Below are positions 1 through 14,120 of a stretch of 64,000 nt of DNA, one piece after another. A program made the translations under genes and the position numbers. The notes beneath the pieces were generated by a model that was not told the origin of the DNA, made no database searches, and was given only the letters and a program-made list of their open reading frames with translations. Where the stretch lies: assembly GCA_977030845.1 (NCBI GenBank), contig OZ365118.1, positions 17,112,001 through 17,176,000 on the forward strand, given 5' to 3'. Position 1 is the stretch's first letter. Every line of letters starts with the position of its first letter. This DNA is from Fimbriosthenelais zetlandica. Its lineage: Eukaryota.

Positions 1-3000
1 AGAAAGTGTCTCTGGAGTTGTTGCAATATATTAAGGTCCTTTCTTCTGACTCAGAGTTGACCATATTTGTTGCCATCTCAGAGGTTGTAGCCTGGGGCAT
101 CTTAGCTCGCCTCCCTTGTTCTACAACCCTTGTCATACATACAGTTGTAACAAGCTAAGGGTCCGCCCTGACCTTACCTTGGAATGGAGTTTTTTGTCCC
201 TCTGGTTGAAATACCATAGCAAATTGGATATTGCTGTTGTGATTTGCTTATGCTTCCAATCCTCAAAGATTTTCTGGTGTTTCACACTCTTAAAAATAGC
301 TTGAATTCATGTGAATCAAATCAAGTGCTTTTTTCCCCAATTTAGTATAAAAACAACTTGGAATTCTAGAGAGAGAAGCCCTGAGGTTAGAATTATAATA
401 ACTTCTGTAGTCAAATTACATCCAATTTCAATGTTTCTCCCACTGATTTTAGACCTACAAGGCATTTGATTCCTTTTAGAGTGTATGGCATTTTTCATCT
501 TAGATGAGACTGCTGGAGGGCTTGAATCTGTCGAGTGTTGAGGTAGAGAGTAGAGGTGTAACAGTGGAACAGGGAGAGGTAGGAAGTGTTTTACCACATC
601 CTCCCCTGATCAACCACAACCCTCCTATATCTTATAGTGTGATTTAGAGAGTCGTATATGAGGCCTAAGGTATGGCTTGTTAGCCACCCCCTCCCCAACC
701 AGTTCCTCCAGGCCCTGAGGGAATTACCCCGTGTCACCTGCCTCCCTGCCCGCTACATTAATTGGTAAACGACCTGTCCAATACACAGCCCTTCCAATGG
801 CTTTCCTACCTGGAAATTCCCAAAAAATTGATTGATTTATGAAAAGGAGAAATGTCCCAGTAATATCTGGACAAAATTCCCTTCGAATCGTCTGATAATA
901 ACTCACTGAAATTTGAAGAAAGTTATTTATGGATACATTGGAGATGGGACCTTGCAGAACCCTACTCCCTGAACCCTAGTTAGCCTAGGTGATTCTTGAT
1001 GGAATATTATTCACAAAATTAGCTCTACGTCATGGACTGTTTTCAACACATTCATGCCTGCTGTGACGATCCACAGCTACCTATTCATGTATATAGAGTG
1101 AGGGAGATTCCTTTAGGCACACTTCTCACCCAGTCCCCACCAACACACAGGCCCTTATTTGATCAAGTCCAAGATCTACCTGCTAAGAACCAAGAGGTGA
1201 AAGTTTGATTTTCAGATGAGAGGTGGAGAATCAAGGGGAGAGTGACATGTCTGACATGTAGTCTTATGAACTGGACTGTGAAAAGCATGTAGAAATAACC
1301 CCCTCCCCCACCCCTACCTCACCCTCCTCCCCCGCCCCCACCACCCCCAATGTCAACCTCTTTTCTTCTGTCCATAGAAAACCCTGTACAATAAAGCTCT
1401 CTATTTTAATGTTTGTCTTTCCCCTGCGCCGACATCGCTTCACTCAAGTGTCATCGGTCTTAATAGACTTTTGCCTGAGGAGGGATCGGGCAGGAGACAT
1501 GCCTACAAAGGGCAACATGGCAGTTAGGGAATAACTCAATTATCCACGATTCCGGGCTCCTTTACAAGAAAACATAAAGATAAAGAAGAGAAAACAGAGT
1601 GAGGGGCAGAGACTGGCTTACTCCCTGTATGGGGTATGGTTCTTCCTAGATGCAAGACGACAGCTCAAAGCCTGAGGAAACTTCTGATATTCAAAATTTT
1701 TAATATGTCCCTATTTGTCAGTACAATAGATAAATATAGTATCCTAATATGCCAGAAATATTTTCGCAATTAGATTTATTTATTGTAACTCACACCCCAT
1801 GGGGTTTTTACGTTTTTAAATTAAGGAGCAAATATAATGCATTTATTGCTAATATTTTGTGCGAACTTAAATGAATTCAAATGTTGTTATGCATTTAAAT
1901 GTTCTATATTCATGTTGTCATTGATACACTTTAAGATAAACATCTCGATTTATCAGCTTTTCGCTGGCTGAGTGGGCGTGGTTAACCAGCATAACAATAT
2001 GAAGAACAGTTACATTCCCTGTATGATGGACATCTATTGTAATCGCCCGTGCTTCCTTTGTATGCATCCAGATGGTATTTTACTGATAACATCTACTCCG
2101 ACCTATCACCCATACCTCAAAATCATAATCGCTGAAGTGCGGCAAGTGAGTCTAAGTAACATGCATATCCCTCGCCCCATGAAAAAGCCCACCCATCCAT
2201 CCATCCCTCGTTTCAGTGGGGGTTTATCAAAGTTTCACAGGGAGCCTAAGGGCAGGGACTAATTGGAAGGCATAGCTGTCACAATGGCCAGGTGTGAAAA
2301 CCATGGACATGATTGATTTCTATTGTGATTAGAAATATTGGATTTTTGCTGATGACATGCATTGGGACCTGCATCGATTAACCTTTGCCTACTCGTTAAC
2401 ATCGATTTGCTGGACACTGTATTTGGGCAGTACGTTCAAGGTCCATAGTTGTTTTATTCCACTGTCAATGTTTTGTTTAGGACTGAGTAGACCACCTCCT
2501 TTCATATTGGGCTTTTGCTTTATATCCATATACGCAATTACAGGAAAGAGATAGCAAGCAATTTAAAGGAAAGGAGAAAGTTTACTATCACTCCAACTGG
2601 AGACAAATCTCTTAAGTGAGTGAAAACTTTCTCACGGATTTGGTCAAACTTGACTCTGAATTCACCTGTTCGACCAACGGTACTTATTGTGCCTACATCA
2701 ATAGATCTTAACCCCAAACTTGCCCAGCCCCTCCCCATCACCCCTACCCTCATTATGTCTTTATCACAAAGTGTTACCCCCATACAAACCCACTTCTTAC
2801 CCTTGCTTCTCCTTACATAACGGTGTCCAAAAGTTACAAGGGCAGAAGGAAATTTCCTTTTGGCAGCATTTATCTTGAGGCAAAGTTAAATTTCTCTCCT
2901 CAGTGGTCACTCAGAAAACCAATGGTGGCGATCATGACACGTCCAGCCTGCCAGCCTCAGAGTCCTATTGATAAAGCGCTGATGCTTCATTGGGTTCACT

Positions 3001-3238
3001 GGTGGTTAAGTCATTAAAAGACTTAGTATTGAAACTGAAATAACATCATGGCACTTGGGACTGATTAGGTTCAATGGATTACACAGGATGGTGGCAAAAC
3101 AACAATTCAATTCATTCATTACAAAATAGTTACATTGAAAAATGTAATTTGGGGTTTGCTTCTTTGTTAGGCACTGAAGGAATGAGTTGAATTTACTTCT
3201 CTCTGTTACATTTACTTCAGTGCAAGGTGTGTCTTTTT

Positions 3239-3320
3239 GGGCTTGTTTCAGAAAAGGAAATTGGTCAGAACTAACCGTTGGCTCTATCTCTGCGTCCTAC
3301 CCAACTCAGGAAACAACCCC
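3239..3320. mobile_element. Short TIR element (MITE family, Harbinger/PIF-like)
   Basis: Left GGGCTTGTTTCAGAA; right GGAAACAACCCC (revcomp GGGGTTGTTTCC). Confidence 0.55.
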
Positions 3321-5077
3321 CAACTCTTGCTTTCTCCATATATAGAAGTCACAAATAGACAAATCACACTCTTGAAGTCACTCTGTAAGTACTTAGTATG
3401 AAGGACAGTGAGAAATTGAGGCACAATGCCTTTCTTCCATCACTTGTCCACTGTGGGACCTCCTATGGCTCTCTCTCCTTTATTCCCAGCCAAGTGGACT
3501 TTGGGAAAATATTTCACTAAAACCCAATCCTTTAGTGTGCAGTTCAAAGAGTCACTCAGAGATTGGTCGACTGTTTAATTAAGTTACAATTCCATCAAAG
3601 GTGTGGGGGTCAGTGAAGGGGATCCCGCCTTGTTATAGAAGGAGAGGCTGATGGCTGGATCTCACGCCATCTGAAGGTGAAAGGGGGAACCCATCTATAT
3701 TACCTTGATGGCTACGATCATTTGTCATTCACTATACAGTACCCACCTATTTTAGTACACTAGGGAATGCTGAAATTCCTTGCAACTTCAGGACTTCTGC
3801 TATGACAATGCGAAATGTCTTAGGAGACATTTAAATATGAAATAGTCTCAGTTTGGTACTTTAAAGCCCTGACATTGCCATCTCGATGTGAAATAATATT
3901 GCACTGTACTCCCCAATATTTAACGTTTTGAAGTGACCAATTAACTGCAATCATGTCCAATATTTTAACATAGCCAACATAGTACTAGTCTAGATCTTAT
4001 TCTAAATGTGTGTTTACCAAATCCTACTGGAAATATGATAGGTAAGCATCCCTGCATCCTTTCCCTTCTGAAACATTTCAAAATATTTTTTCTCAGTCCC
4101 CCACTTGCTGCTAATTCCACCTCAGGTGGCGAACCATACATAAGACGGCCCTGTAGGCGGGGTTTTTGACCCCCGTCCGTCAAAGCCCCTTTCTCCATCT
4201 CACCCCCTTCACAAGGCCTAATCCCCATGATTGGGGTGCTAAGTGCCCAGTCACCCCAGCCCCACACGTAGCTTCCCCTCTATGCTTTTACCCCTTCACC
4301 TGCCTGAAAAAGTGACAGTCACCAAGACGGATGGAAATTTCATCTTCCTCTATAGAAGCTGTGTCTTGTAGGGTCGATGAGCGGTGAAATCTTGGGTAAT
4401 GGGCCAAAAATGGTGAGACAGTTAGCTATAGACTGATTGAGACCAATGCAAGGTTGTGGGCAGATATAGTGCCAGTGGATGATCGACTGGGATTATTCCC
4501 AGTTCGAACTCGTACCCCATGGGTCTCAAGGTGTGGGACACAAATGAGAATAACATTGACCCGGCCTGAATTCATCCCTGTAACTGTCGTAATGTGGATT
4601 TACCAATGTCTTAAAGGTGTTGGTAACCCTTATAGGAGATAGCTAAGTCTAATGGTGGGATTCTTAAGAACTTATTAAGATAAGCCTGAAACTGAGATAG
4701 CCCCAGGAGCCACATTTTAGGGACATTTTTTTATATGAATTCCTTTGTTATTCTATGAAGATTTTCTATGAAACTAGGCTTCATAGAGAGGTGAATGGTT
4801 CATTCAAATTGAGTTAAATACCTGCCTCAGATCATGTAGCACTCATATTAATGTTGCTATCTTTTGCTGGTTTTGATTTTAATGAATACACACACCCCAT
4901 CCAGCCCACACCACCTTATCTTTGACAGTCCTGACCTGGGTATTGACAACTAATTTTTAGATTCCTTTGGACCCAGCTTCCATTTCTAAAATGGTCATCT
5001 TCCGGGAAAACCTACACCCAGACCTATTTTAGAAACGTGACCAAAAACCTCCCACATCCGGGTCTGGTATCCATCAC

Positions 5078-5135
5078 AGGTCACCTGACCTATGACCTGG
5101 CGCCGATTGGTTCTGTCCATTTAATATTGGCCAAT
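5078..5135. promoter_or_regulatory. Nuclear-receptor element (perfect DR1 plus inverted half-site) next to CCAAT boxes
   Basis: AGGTCA-cc-TGACCT-a-TGACCT 5078-5098; ATTGG 5106-5110; ATTGGCCAAT 5126-5135. Confidence 0.4.
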
Positions 5136-6871
5136 GAGAACTCAATCAGGAATTAGCTGCGGGATATATGTCCCTTCAGTACGGGCCTGCACACTATGAT
5201 TAACCTATGGACGGCATGGAGAGAAAGAAAAAAAGATAAATTTCATTGAAGGAGATGAGATGTAGATAGATTTCCGCTTCAATCTGTGATTTATCTGCGG
5301 AAGAGGGAGCGTGGGAGATAAATAAAGTTGTGACTTCTCAGGAAATGTCACCAGTTCAAAAATGCTTCCTGGTGACACCAAGTCTCTGAAAGTATAGGAA
5401 TTCATAGGCCTATATATTTATGGATGCAATATTAGGTGATAGGAAAATCTGAGAATGTACTGTAGAAAATGTGAATTATAGTTTTGAAAATCTACTAATT
5501 ACTACATACCTTTTTTGGATCACAAGAAAACCAAAGTAATACATCAAAAATAGTTCCCGGGTGCATTTTTCTTAATGGTTCTCTATATTTGGAGGTAGAA
5601 GGTCAGGATTTGGGGTAGTAGAGTGATAAATGTCTTATAACTCCAGGTGCTGTAGCAGCGCCGGGAGGTGTGTATGGTCTAAGTACACTTTGTTTGATGT
5701 GTAGACAATATGGGTAAGTCTATAGATGACATGTTGGGAGTAGCTCGAGGCTCCCCACCCCGCCAGGCACAGATGTGTCAATCCCACAAGAATGTACATG
5801 CACTCTTATACACCCAGTTCTTACTGTTTTTAACAATGTGTGTATTGAGCAAGCCTTGAAATTTTAGTCTCTTTTGAAAGTAATTGTGTTTGGTTTTCCT
5901 GGCGCTTCTATTGACACGCCCTCAAGGACTTAAAAAATCTCTGTGGAAATCAATGTTTGGGAAATAATTGTCAAAAAGGGCAAGCATGGGACATCGGAAA
6001 GGGAAATACATTGGCCATGCAAGGGATGGGAAACCTGGAAAGGGAGGAGTATAGGCAGGGCAAGGGAGATAGTGACCAAAAAACCAGAAGCCATCAGGAA
6101 AAAATGACACAAAGGCATATATTGCAAAGGTATATGATATGTATTAGAAACAGTTCAAAGTTAATTTATCCTATGACAATTATCAAAGCCAGGCCTCGGG
6201 ACAGTACCTCTATGTTTTAAAATATTGAATCTCGTCGTCGGGAACTCCCCTTGACTCTTCCCCCGGCCTGCCCTGGGGAATCATGTACCAAGGACGAAGC
6301 GTGACCCTCAAGGATAAGCTTTCTCCCTTCAATCTTATGACTAAACATTTCCCAAGGCAAAGTCTAGGCTCCACAGGCAAGCTCTAGAATATCCTATAGG
6401 CCTATAGGTCCGCGAACTATTTATCATAAAGCTGTGGATAGTTTCGTGGATTTGATTCATAACTGCATTTACATTTATTTGGTTTAATATGTTAAAACTG
6501 AATTATCTCATTATCCCGCAAAATTATTTTGATAATTGTTTCCTAATCGCTTATTCTAATAAACAATGGTTAGAGGAATGTAATAATGTGAAATTAGTTC
6601 ATGAATGAAGTTGTAAATGACATAAGGGGGTCACGAGCAATGTAAGGTTATCTTTTCCTGCTCCTGTCCTGTGACAGTGACATCAGTATAGAGTATGTAT
6701 ACTGTGGGATACCTGTCACCTTGCTTCAGCTGTCAACCACTCGCCCCAGGCTCCAGTATTGGGTACTGCCGCCCTGTATGCCACATCCTGTCTCCCCGAC
6801 AGTTCGTGACTTTCTCCAAGAGGTATAGAGAAATAGAAGAGGTTTTACTCGGATACGACGACAGTCAGGCT

Positions 6872-7017
6872 GTCCTTCCTTCTGTACTCTTCTCCCCTTT
6901 GTTGTTCCTCTCTTTCTTCTTTCTCTCGTGCCCTCAACTTCTAGTAGCACTTTTTAGCTCTCAAGTCCCTACCTCTCTCTTTCTCTTCTCTCTCTTCTCT
7001 CCTCTCTCTCTGCCTCC
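6872..7017 (+). repeat. CT-rich polypyrimidine tract
   Basis: Degenerate (CT)n/(CTT)n run visible directly. Confidence 0.8.
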
Positions 7018-9372
7018 AAATTCACTCTATTCATACCCATACACCATCTGCCAATTAACGTATACCTTTCCCAAGATGAAGCCATTGGAATAATAGACCC
7101 AGTATAAAGTTACATTAAATCCCGCAACTTATCCCATGGAAGTCAGCCTTCCCTTTATACCCCATCCTCCCTTCCAAAGGCTATGTTCTGTAGAGAACAT
7201 CTTCATCCCAATCACTCAATGGCTTATGAATCCAAGTGACTCAACACTGTAAAGGTCTTCCTTTTTCATGGATAGGTATTTCCATGGTATTTCATAAATT
7301 GCCTAGAAGGGGGCAACAAGATAAGCCCCGTTTCCGTTATATGTATATCATATACCTATCTTTATACAGTGTTGGCTCCTTGAGCTATTGGCAGTTGATG
7401 CCATTTAATCCCCTTAGATTGACCCTGGCCACCTTTGACCACCTTTGGAACTACTCACTAAATTGTCTCATTTATTAGTTATTCTGAACATGCCCACCCA
7501 GCCATCTATTGGAGGACCTTTTTCACTGGTTTTGTACCTGTTCAACACTTGGTCTTTTTACTCCATACCTCCAACCTTTACAAACTATATTTTATAAGGA
7601 GTGAGATGCTTTTCTCCTGCTCTTTCTTCCCCCTTTATTCCACTGCCTCCACCAAGTGGTGATTTACCCAATCAAGACCCGTGCTTTATGGTCTTTTTGC
7701 AGGAAGAGCATAAAAATAGTTCACAGATATGTGTGATAATGGGAGGGGATGATTGTGGGGTGTATTAGCCTCTACCTGCCAACTTCAGGGAGGTGAGGTG
7801 AGGGGGTGGGGGAGGGGGGAGGTGTGAAGTGATATAGGGGCTATAGGCTGTAAAAAATAACTGTGGCTTACCCTGGAAAAATTGGGTGAAATTTTCAATA
7901 AAACTGTCTTGAAAGAAACAATGGCTCTGCAGAAAATGATCTGTGATTGGCTTGTGAACAGACCGATGACAAAACCACAAAATTAAATTTTAACAATATG
8001 ATAGCACAGAAGCAAGAAGAGACAAGGTCGATCCTAATCCCTAGATGCATGTTTGAAAAAATAATCATGAAAATATATTGTTTTCAAAAGAAAATGTCGA
8101 TGGCAAAAGTCATAAGTATCATACACCCATACCTGTCATAACAATTGCAGTGTGTTGCACCTCATGTTACCCAATATTTCATACCTAATTTCAGTGGGGT
8201 CACCCAGTACTAGGGGCCATAGGGTCAGTGACTATAGTTAGGCCTGATCCCTGCAGCATGGTTGCCAATCGATGACTCGACCATTATACTATCCCATGCT
8301 CCTCACCATATTGATCCTGTTAAAACAGCGTAATTCTACACCTTCCATAGTCCATAAAATAGTGGAAATATTTTATGATGTCCTCACACCACTGTTCAGC
8401 AGTAGGCTATTGTGAAGCCTTGTTCATACAATGCCGATTTTCCATTCAGTTGACCATCATTCTTGGCCAAGATGTGACCCCTCATTCTAAACAAAGTTTT
8501 AGCTTATGATTATACTATCGTATTGACAAATTGCTAACCTGATGCATGATGATAACTATTAACTTTTTTCATATACAGTTAAATCCTTCCAATTTTACAA
8601 TCACATAAATTTTGGACTTGTGTGAACGAACCAAAAAACTTATTTACTCGAGGGACGTCCCTCAAGAGAAAACGTACTTGTCCCCAAGCCCAGGGTAATC
8701 AAGTATGACATAATAGAGGTGATATTAGTGATATATCGCTATTATATATACTGACACTCTATACCTTCACCCATCTTAATTATATATGGTGGTGAATAAT
8801 TGAGACCTGCGTTTCATAATGTGGCAATGTTAAAATGAGCGCAGTACAATTTATGCCACTCTTTACAAGCCATTGGTATCCCGTGAACGGCTACTGTTTC
8901 ATATCTCCCAATGGAAATGCTGTTTGCCCCCCACAGGGCCCGGGGGAATATCTGGGGTCAAATTTTGTTTGCATCGATTTATGAATTCATACCCGTGTCA
9001 GTTCAACACGTGCTTTAAATAACCGTTATAATAACGATGTGCAAGTTAATAACATTCGGATGAGAGAGAGATGTAGCCTTGGAAAATATTTCCCTAAATT
9101 TAAGGAGATTGTTGCTTGGGAGTGGAATGTTGGTCCGCGTCACAATAGATGGTTCAGTATATTTTGTGGTGTTCCTAATCGTTTGATGTGTTTTTCACTT
9201 CTTCAAATTGTCATTGAAGTCTAAAACGCAGGTGTTTCCTTCAGTGAATGTGTCAACTCGGACTTGATATATACTAAATAAACCCTATGTCTTCACACTT
9301 GTCGCTAATCAAATAAATATTTATTCCAATTTATAGCAGAAGCCTTTCCCAGGCTATAAATTAGAGACTTGA

Positions 9373-9460
9373 GGCCCCGTTTCAGAAGGAAGCTGCGCTA
9401 CCTTTACCCATAGATTAACCAGTGGCTATTGTCGCCTACCCTTGTTATGAAACAGTCACC
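9373..9460. mobile_element. Short TIR element (MITE family)
   Basis: Left GGCCCCGTTTCAGAA; right TTATGAAACAGTCACC. Core CCCATAGATTAACCAGTGGCTA resembles other copies. Confidence 0.6.
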
Positions 9461-12400
9461 TGGTCGCCCTCTTGTCCTAGGTGCCTATGGTATCGCCTTT
9501 CGGTGGTAGGGTTTGTCACTGTGGGATTTGTTATTGGATAAAGAAGGTTTATATTGGAAAGGCAGAAACATAGTCAAAGTCAATAAAACTATTAACGTCT
9601 GATTTATAGAGGGGCGTACGGAGGTAGAAACAGAATATTTTGACACTTGGGTCAGTGTGGGATCTTCTGTGGTGAACTTTGTACTGAGGGTGCTGCAAGG
9701 CAAGGAAAAACAATTAATTTCCAACTCATTTTTAAGATACTCTTGCGTCCTAAAGTCAATTTAAATCAGATTTAAATGCCTGTATAGGGTGCGTTTTACA
9801 ATGAAAGGTATTTGGTAGCATAGTACGAGTACCTGGTCCAAATTAACCCATCTTTTATGCCAAAACCGTGAAAAAAATCTAAAATTCGATATGTATCTAA
9901 TAAGTATATTATAAAATGTAAGGGAAATTGAAGGAGGCATTCCATGCCTACAGCGAAGCACCCCATTCTTTTTCAATAAATCATAAAAGCTATAGCTTTC
10001 ATATGAACACCTTGTATATGACAGGCCGTCCCTTGGGGCGGAGCTGCATTTCAAAAATATAAAAGGCGTGAGGAGAGTGTAGAGGGGAAGTACTCGTAAA
10101 CACACATACCTCATGTAATATGAGCGGGATGTGGCAATGGGTGGTAAAACAGTAATAATCTACAACAAAAATGGCTTCTTTTTATTTCAGAAATGTGTCG
10201 GAAGGAATCTTTCTTTTTATATTATATCTTCGGGACTTTTTCTTTAAAAAAAAGTATGAGTTCAACTGAAAGCCTCTGGGGGTTCTTGTTATCAATCCAT
10301 TTTTGTGATTTTCTTTTCTTTTTTGATAGTTTATCTGACGTGTTAGAAAGACATGGCCTATTAGTATAGATTGAGGTCTGTTGTCTCTGGCTTCAAGGCT
10401 TGGAAGCTTTCTTATGATCATCATAATGTTTTTAACCATCGGGGTGTATGCATGGAGGCGTGGGAACAACGTCTGACTTCCCAATGTTCAGTCACTGTTT
10501 CTGATTTGACATTTTCACATGCACCTTTCACCCTTCCGTAAAAACATAATTACCTAATATAGTCATAAAACCATTCTTGATAAACACAAAGTAATCACAG
10601 ATTTTACATCAAAGGGAAATTTTCTTTTAGCTTGTATAACAACTAATTTCATGTCATATAAAACACATTGTATACCTTTTTATTCATCTATACAAGGATC
10701 TCTATTGGCCGATATATGGCCAATAAATCCGACGATTGAGTGGTATATACTAGTGCCCAGGGCTATGATGAAAATACTCCCTCTTTTTTCTCTGATTATT
10801 ACATAATTCAGCCTCCGTCCATTCAGGAATTACTCACAGATTGAGCCTAATGAATATTAACCTAGTTTTAAATGACAGTAAAGTAGAGGTTTGATGGCGG
10901 GGGAGTGTGTCGGCGTCCTTTACTCCCTGGCTGGGGAGTGAAGCTGTGGGCGTGAACCACGAGGGAAGAAGGGACACTTTCCCCCAGGCTCTCCTCAGGG
11001 AAAGTCTTTCACAAGCCAAACACCGAGGACATTATGCAAAGTAAAGATACTAAAGTACTTCCTAAAGCAAGGTCCGGTCTCTAACTCCCACCATAAAGTA
11101 TAGTCTTTATCATTATAGTATTCTATAAGACTTTGAACACATCTGAGAGGATTTTATTGCTGTTATATTTAGATGTTTAAAAAATCAAAAGGTCCTGTTT
11201 TAGGATGTTATTTAGGCCTTGGGAAAGACAAGCTGGTTAGTGTCGTCAGAACTTATTCTCTAATAATTATCAGTTTCATTTTCCCTTGGAATTGCTTTTC
11301 GGTGTCGTACAACTTTTCTATTTGACCCAGATAGACAAAGCTTTCTGTTAAAATATTTTCGGTAAACCGCAGTAAAAAGACTAATTATTATTTTCATTGG
11401 AAATATCTCAGTAGGGCTTCCTTGAACTGTTACAGCACATTAGAGAAAATCCTATCCCACAAATACACCGGAGATTGAACCAAGAGCGTCCTTACTTATT
11501 TAATTAATATAACGGACACATCCCTTGATTAATCGGAAATATTATATGACATTTCATTACATTATATCATGACTCTGGTTTGTAATACAAAAGGTGTCTT
11601 CCTGAAGCCCTCCACTTCATAATCCGCCATGGGACATGTCTGTATTGCTTCGGGCAGGTATGATGTCATTCCTATCAATATGGCTTCCCCAGGAAGAGCA
11701 TTCATTCTTAGGATTTCGTCACGATTTTGTTGCGATTTCTATATTATTTATACCATAATATCTGTTGAAATAATAATAAAAATCGTTAAAGAATTTACCA
11801 CATTTTGGCCAAATTCTGTGCCTGGCCCTGGGATATTCTGCATGGTGGTGGTGCCAGTGCCAGGAGAGCGCCTGGTGTCGAGGTGGGTTTACCGGCCGTG
11901 GAGGGCCTTCATCCCGTCAGGTATACGATCATCTCCCCGGCCTCCTCCCCCCTCCTGTACCTCCAAAGTACACCTGTATTACCTGGCACCTTTCCTACCC
12001 ATTACACACCTATCATTCAGGGAAATTTCTGACACCCATCGATGAGCCAACCCAATGGGGAATTTAGAAGGTATACTTGTATGTCATACATGTAATTATG
12101 AAGGGCACAATGCCTTTTTGGCAATGTCGCATATATTTTATCGTTATAGATATAATATAGACATGAAATGACTGTCATTTTTCTACCCATTCTTAAGGAT
12201 TGGTTTTCAGAATATCCCTATTCTGAACTTCAGTATTCAACCGTATTTTTAAACATCCTTTATAGGCCTGCATCAATAGACCATACTTCCATAGTGAATT
12301 GATATACAATTTTAAAAATCTATTTATCAATGATCCTTGCACTTGTACCAAGACGATCTACTTGCACCAATACATAATGAAATATGACATTCTGACAGAT

Positions 12401-14055
12401 ACCACATAGAAAAATGAATGAATTCTAAATGTTATTTATTGCCCAATTGAATAAATACATTTGTGGGAATCTTCTCTCTATATGCAATGAATGCATGAGT
12501 CATAGACCTATGAATATTAAATGTCACTTAGCACTGAAAAGTGTTTCCCGCTTTCACAATCCTTTTCTCCACACACTCTCTTTAGTGAAAGAAATGAGTG
12601 AATAGCAAATTCAAGCTTTTAGGAGTAATAAATAATTGATTTGAACCACGTAACCTTTAATTTCTAAACATGTAATGATCATATGGGTATGTTATTACTT
12701 TGTGAAAGGCGTGGATCAGTGAGAAAGCCATCTGTCTTATCTGTGTATGGTTATAATAAAGTAGATATTGTCTGGGTGATAGGGAGGGGTTTTATATACT
12801 AAATGTCATCCCTCTGTCTGTGTATACATTTATCAGATTGTTAACAAGGGGATCCTGTAGAGATGTATACCTCTATAGGGGGTATATATGACGTCTATTG
12901 GAACACAAAACGTCCCCCTCTTATGTCTACCTTGTTGCTATTAAGATATAGAGTGGAAAGGGAAAAAATTTGAGGAAGGGAAGAAGACAAAGAAGGAAAG
13001 CCCCCCTTGAGTTAAACACGGGGAAATGTGAGGGTATTAGAGATAAAAACCAATAGGGATGTTTTGTTTTGACTTATCAATGTTTTAGTGTTGCCTAACC
13101 GCGATACGGCACTCATTGAAGTTTGCTCATGGGGGAGGTAAGATGAGGCATCTTGATTTTATCCTGGGGATATAAGGCCCAGAAAAATAAATGGTTTCTC
13201 TTTCCATCTTTAAACTGAGAGATTAGGTCTGAGCATAGGTTTTCTTTTTGTTTCATATTAAATAATTTTCTGGATTGGATGTTGGCCCCTATTTTTAATA
13301 TATAAGAACATTTTTTACTTTTGTGGTTTTGAATGGAATTGACACTGCAATGTCCACTGTTGATTATTGTAAAGTTTAACTTTATTAAAATCTTCTCGGC
13401 CTATCTTGAGAAACCATTGAAGCCATAACGAGATGAGGATTTATGAGGGGATGTAAATCACATTGATCTGCAGGTGTTTTCTCAGCGTTAAAGGTCATAA
13501 TAAAAACCAACAGCGAGTTTCTTCTTCCTTCACGAGCTATAATAAACACAATCTATAACTGTCAGAAATGAAAAGTACCCCAGACTGAGGGCCCGCCATT
13601 GAGAAATCTGATATTATTGCTATGTTAGGAACAATCCTGGACCCTTCAACATTACATTTAGATACTCCCCATGGTGGGGTGGACAGAGAAAAAAGAAAAA
13701 GGGGGTGGTAGAGAGGAGTGGGGTCCGTGGATATACCCCCGGGTTAAAGTCATAAATCTTTGTAAATGGCTTATCTAATCTATATTCAAATCAGCCGGGA
13801 GATAGCATGTACGTGGTGTATGGAACCTATAAGTTGTTTTTTAAAGTCGTGGCTTGGGTTTCTGTTTTAAGCAAGGTATCCATGCGGTCCGTTTCACAAG
13901 GAATGTGGCATATTGTGTGCTGTTTCATAAGACATTTTAATGTCTTATGTCTTAGTTAAAAGTAGTAACTATGGATTAGAGTTTGAAAGTTAAGATTTTC
14001 TTCCCCTTCCTCATTTTTCCTATCTTAGCTCCCATTTTATGGACCCTATCAAAGC

Positions 14056-14120
14056 GGAATATGTTTCAGAACAAAGATATCCTACATAAGCCAATGATAA
14101 ATTCATTCTGAAACGGCCCC
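14056..14120. mobile_element. Short TIR element (MITE family), left end degenerate
   Basis: Left GGAATATGTTTCAGAA; right TTCTGAAACGGCCCC; internal CCAAT. A further left-type end lies at 13886. Confidence 0.45.

Noticed and set aside
10703-10725. Palindrome TATTGGCC-N7-GGCCAATA as an NFI site
   Set aside because: The TTGGC-to-GCCAA spacing is 9, not the 5 required for NFI.
11460-11495. B-box-like GGTTCAATCTCCGG on minus (tRNA or SINE remnant)
   Set aside because: No A box or cloverleaf could be built; too short to call.
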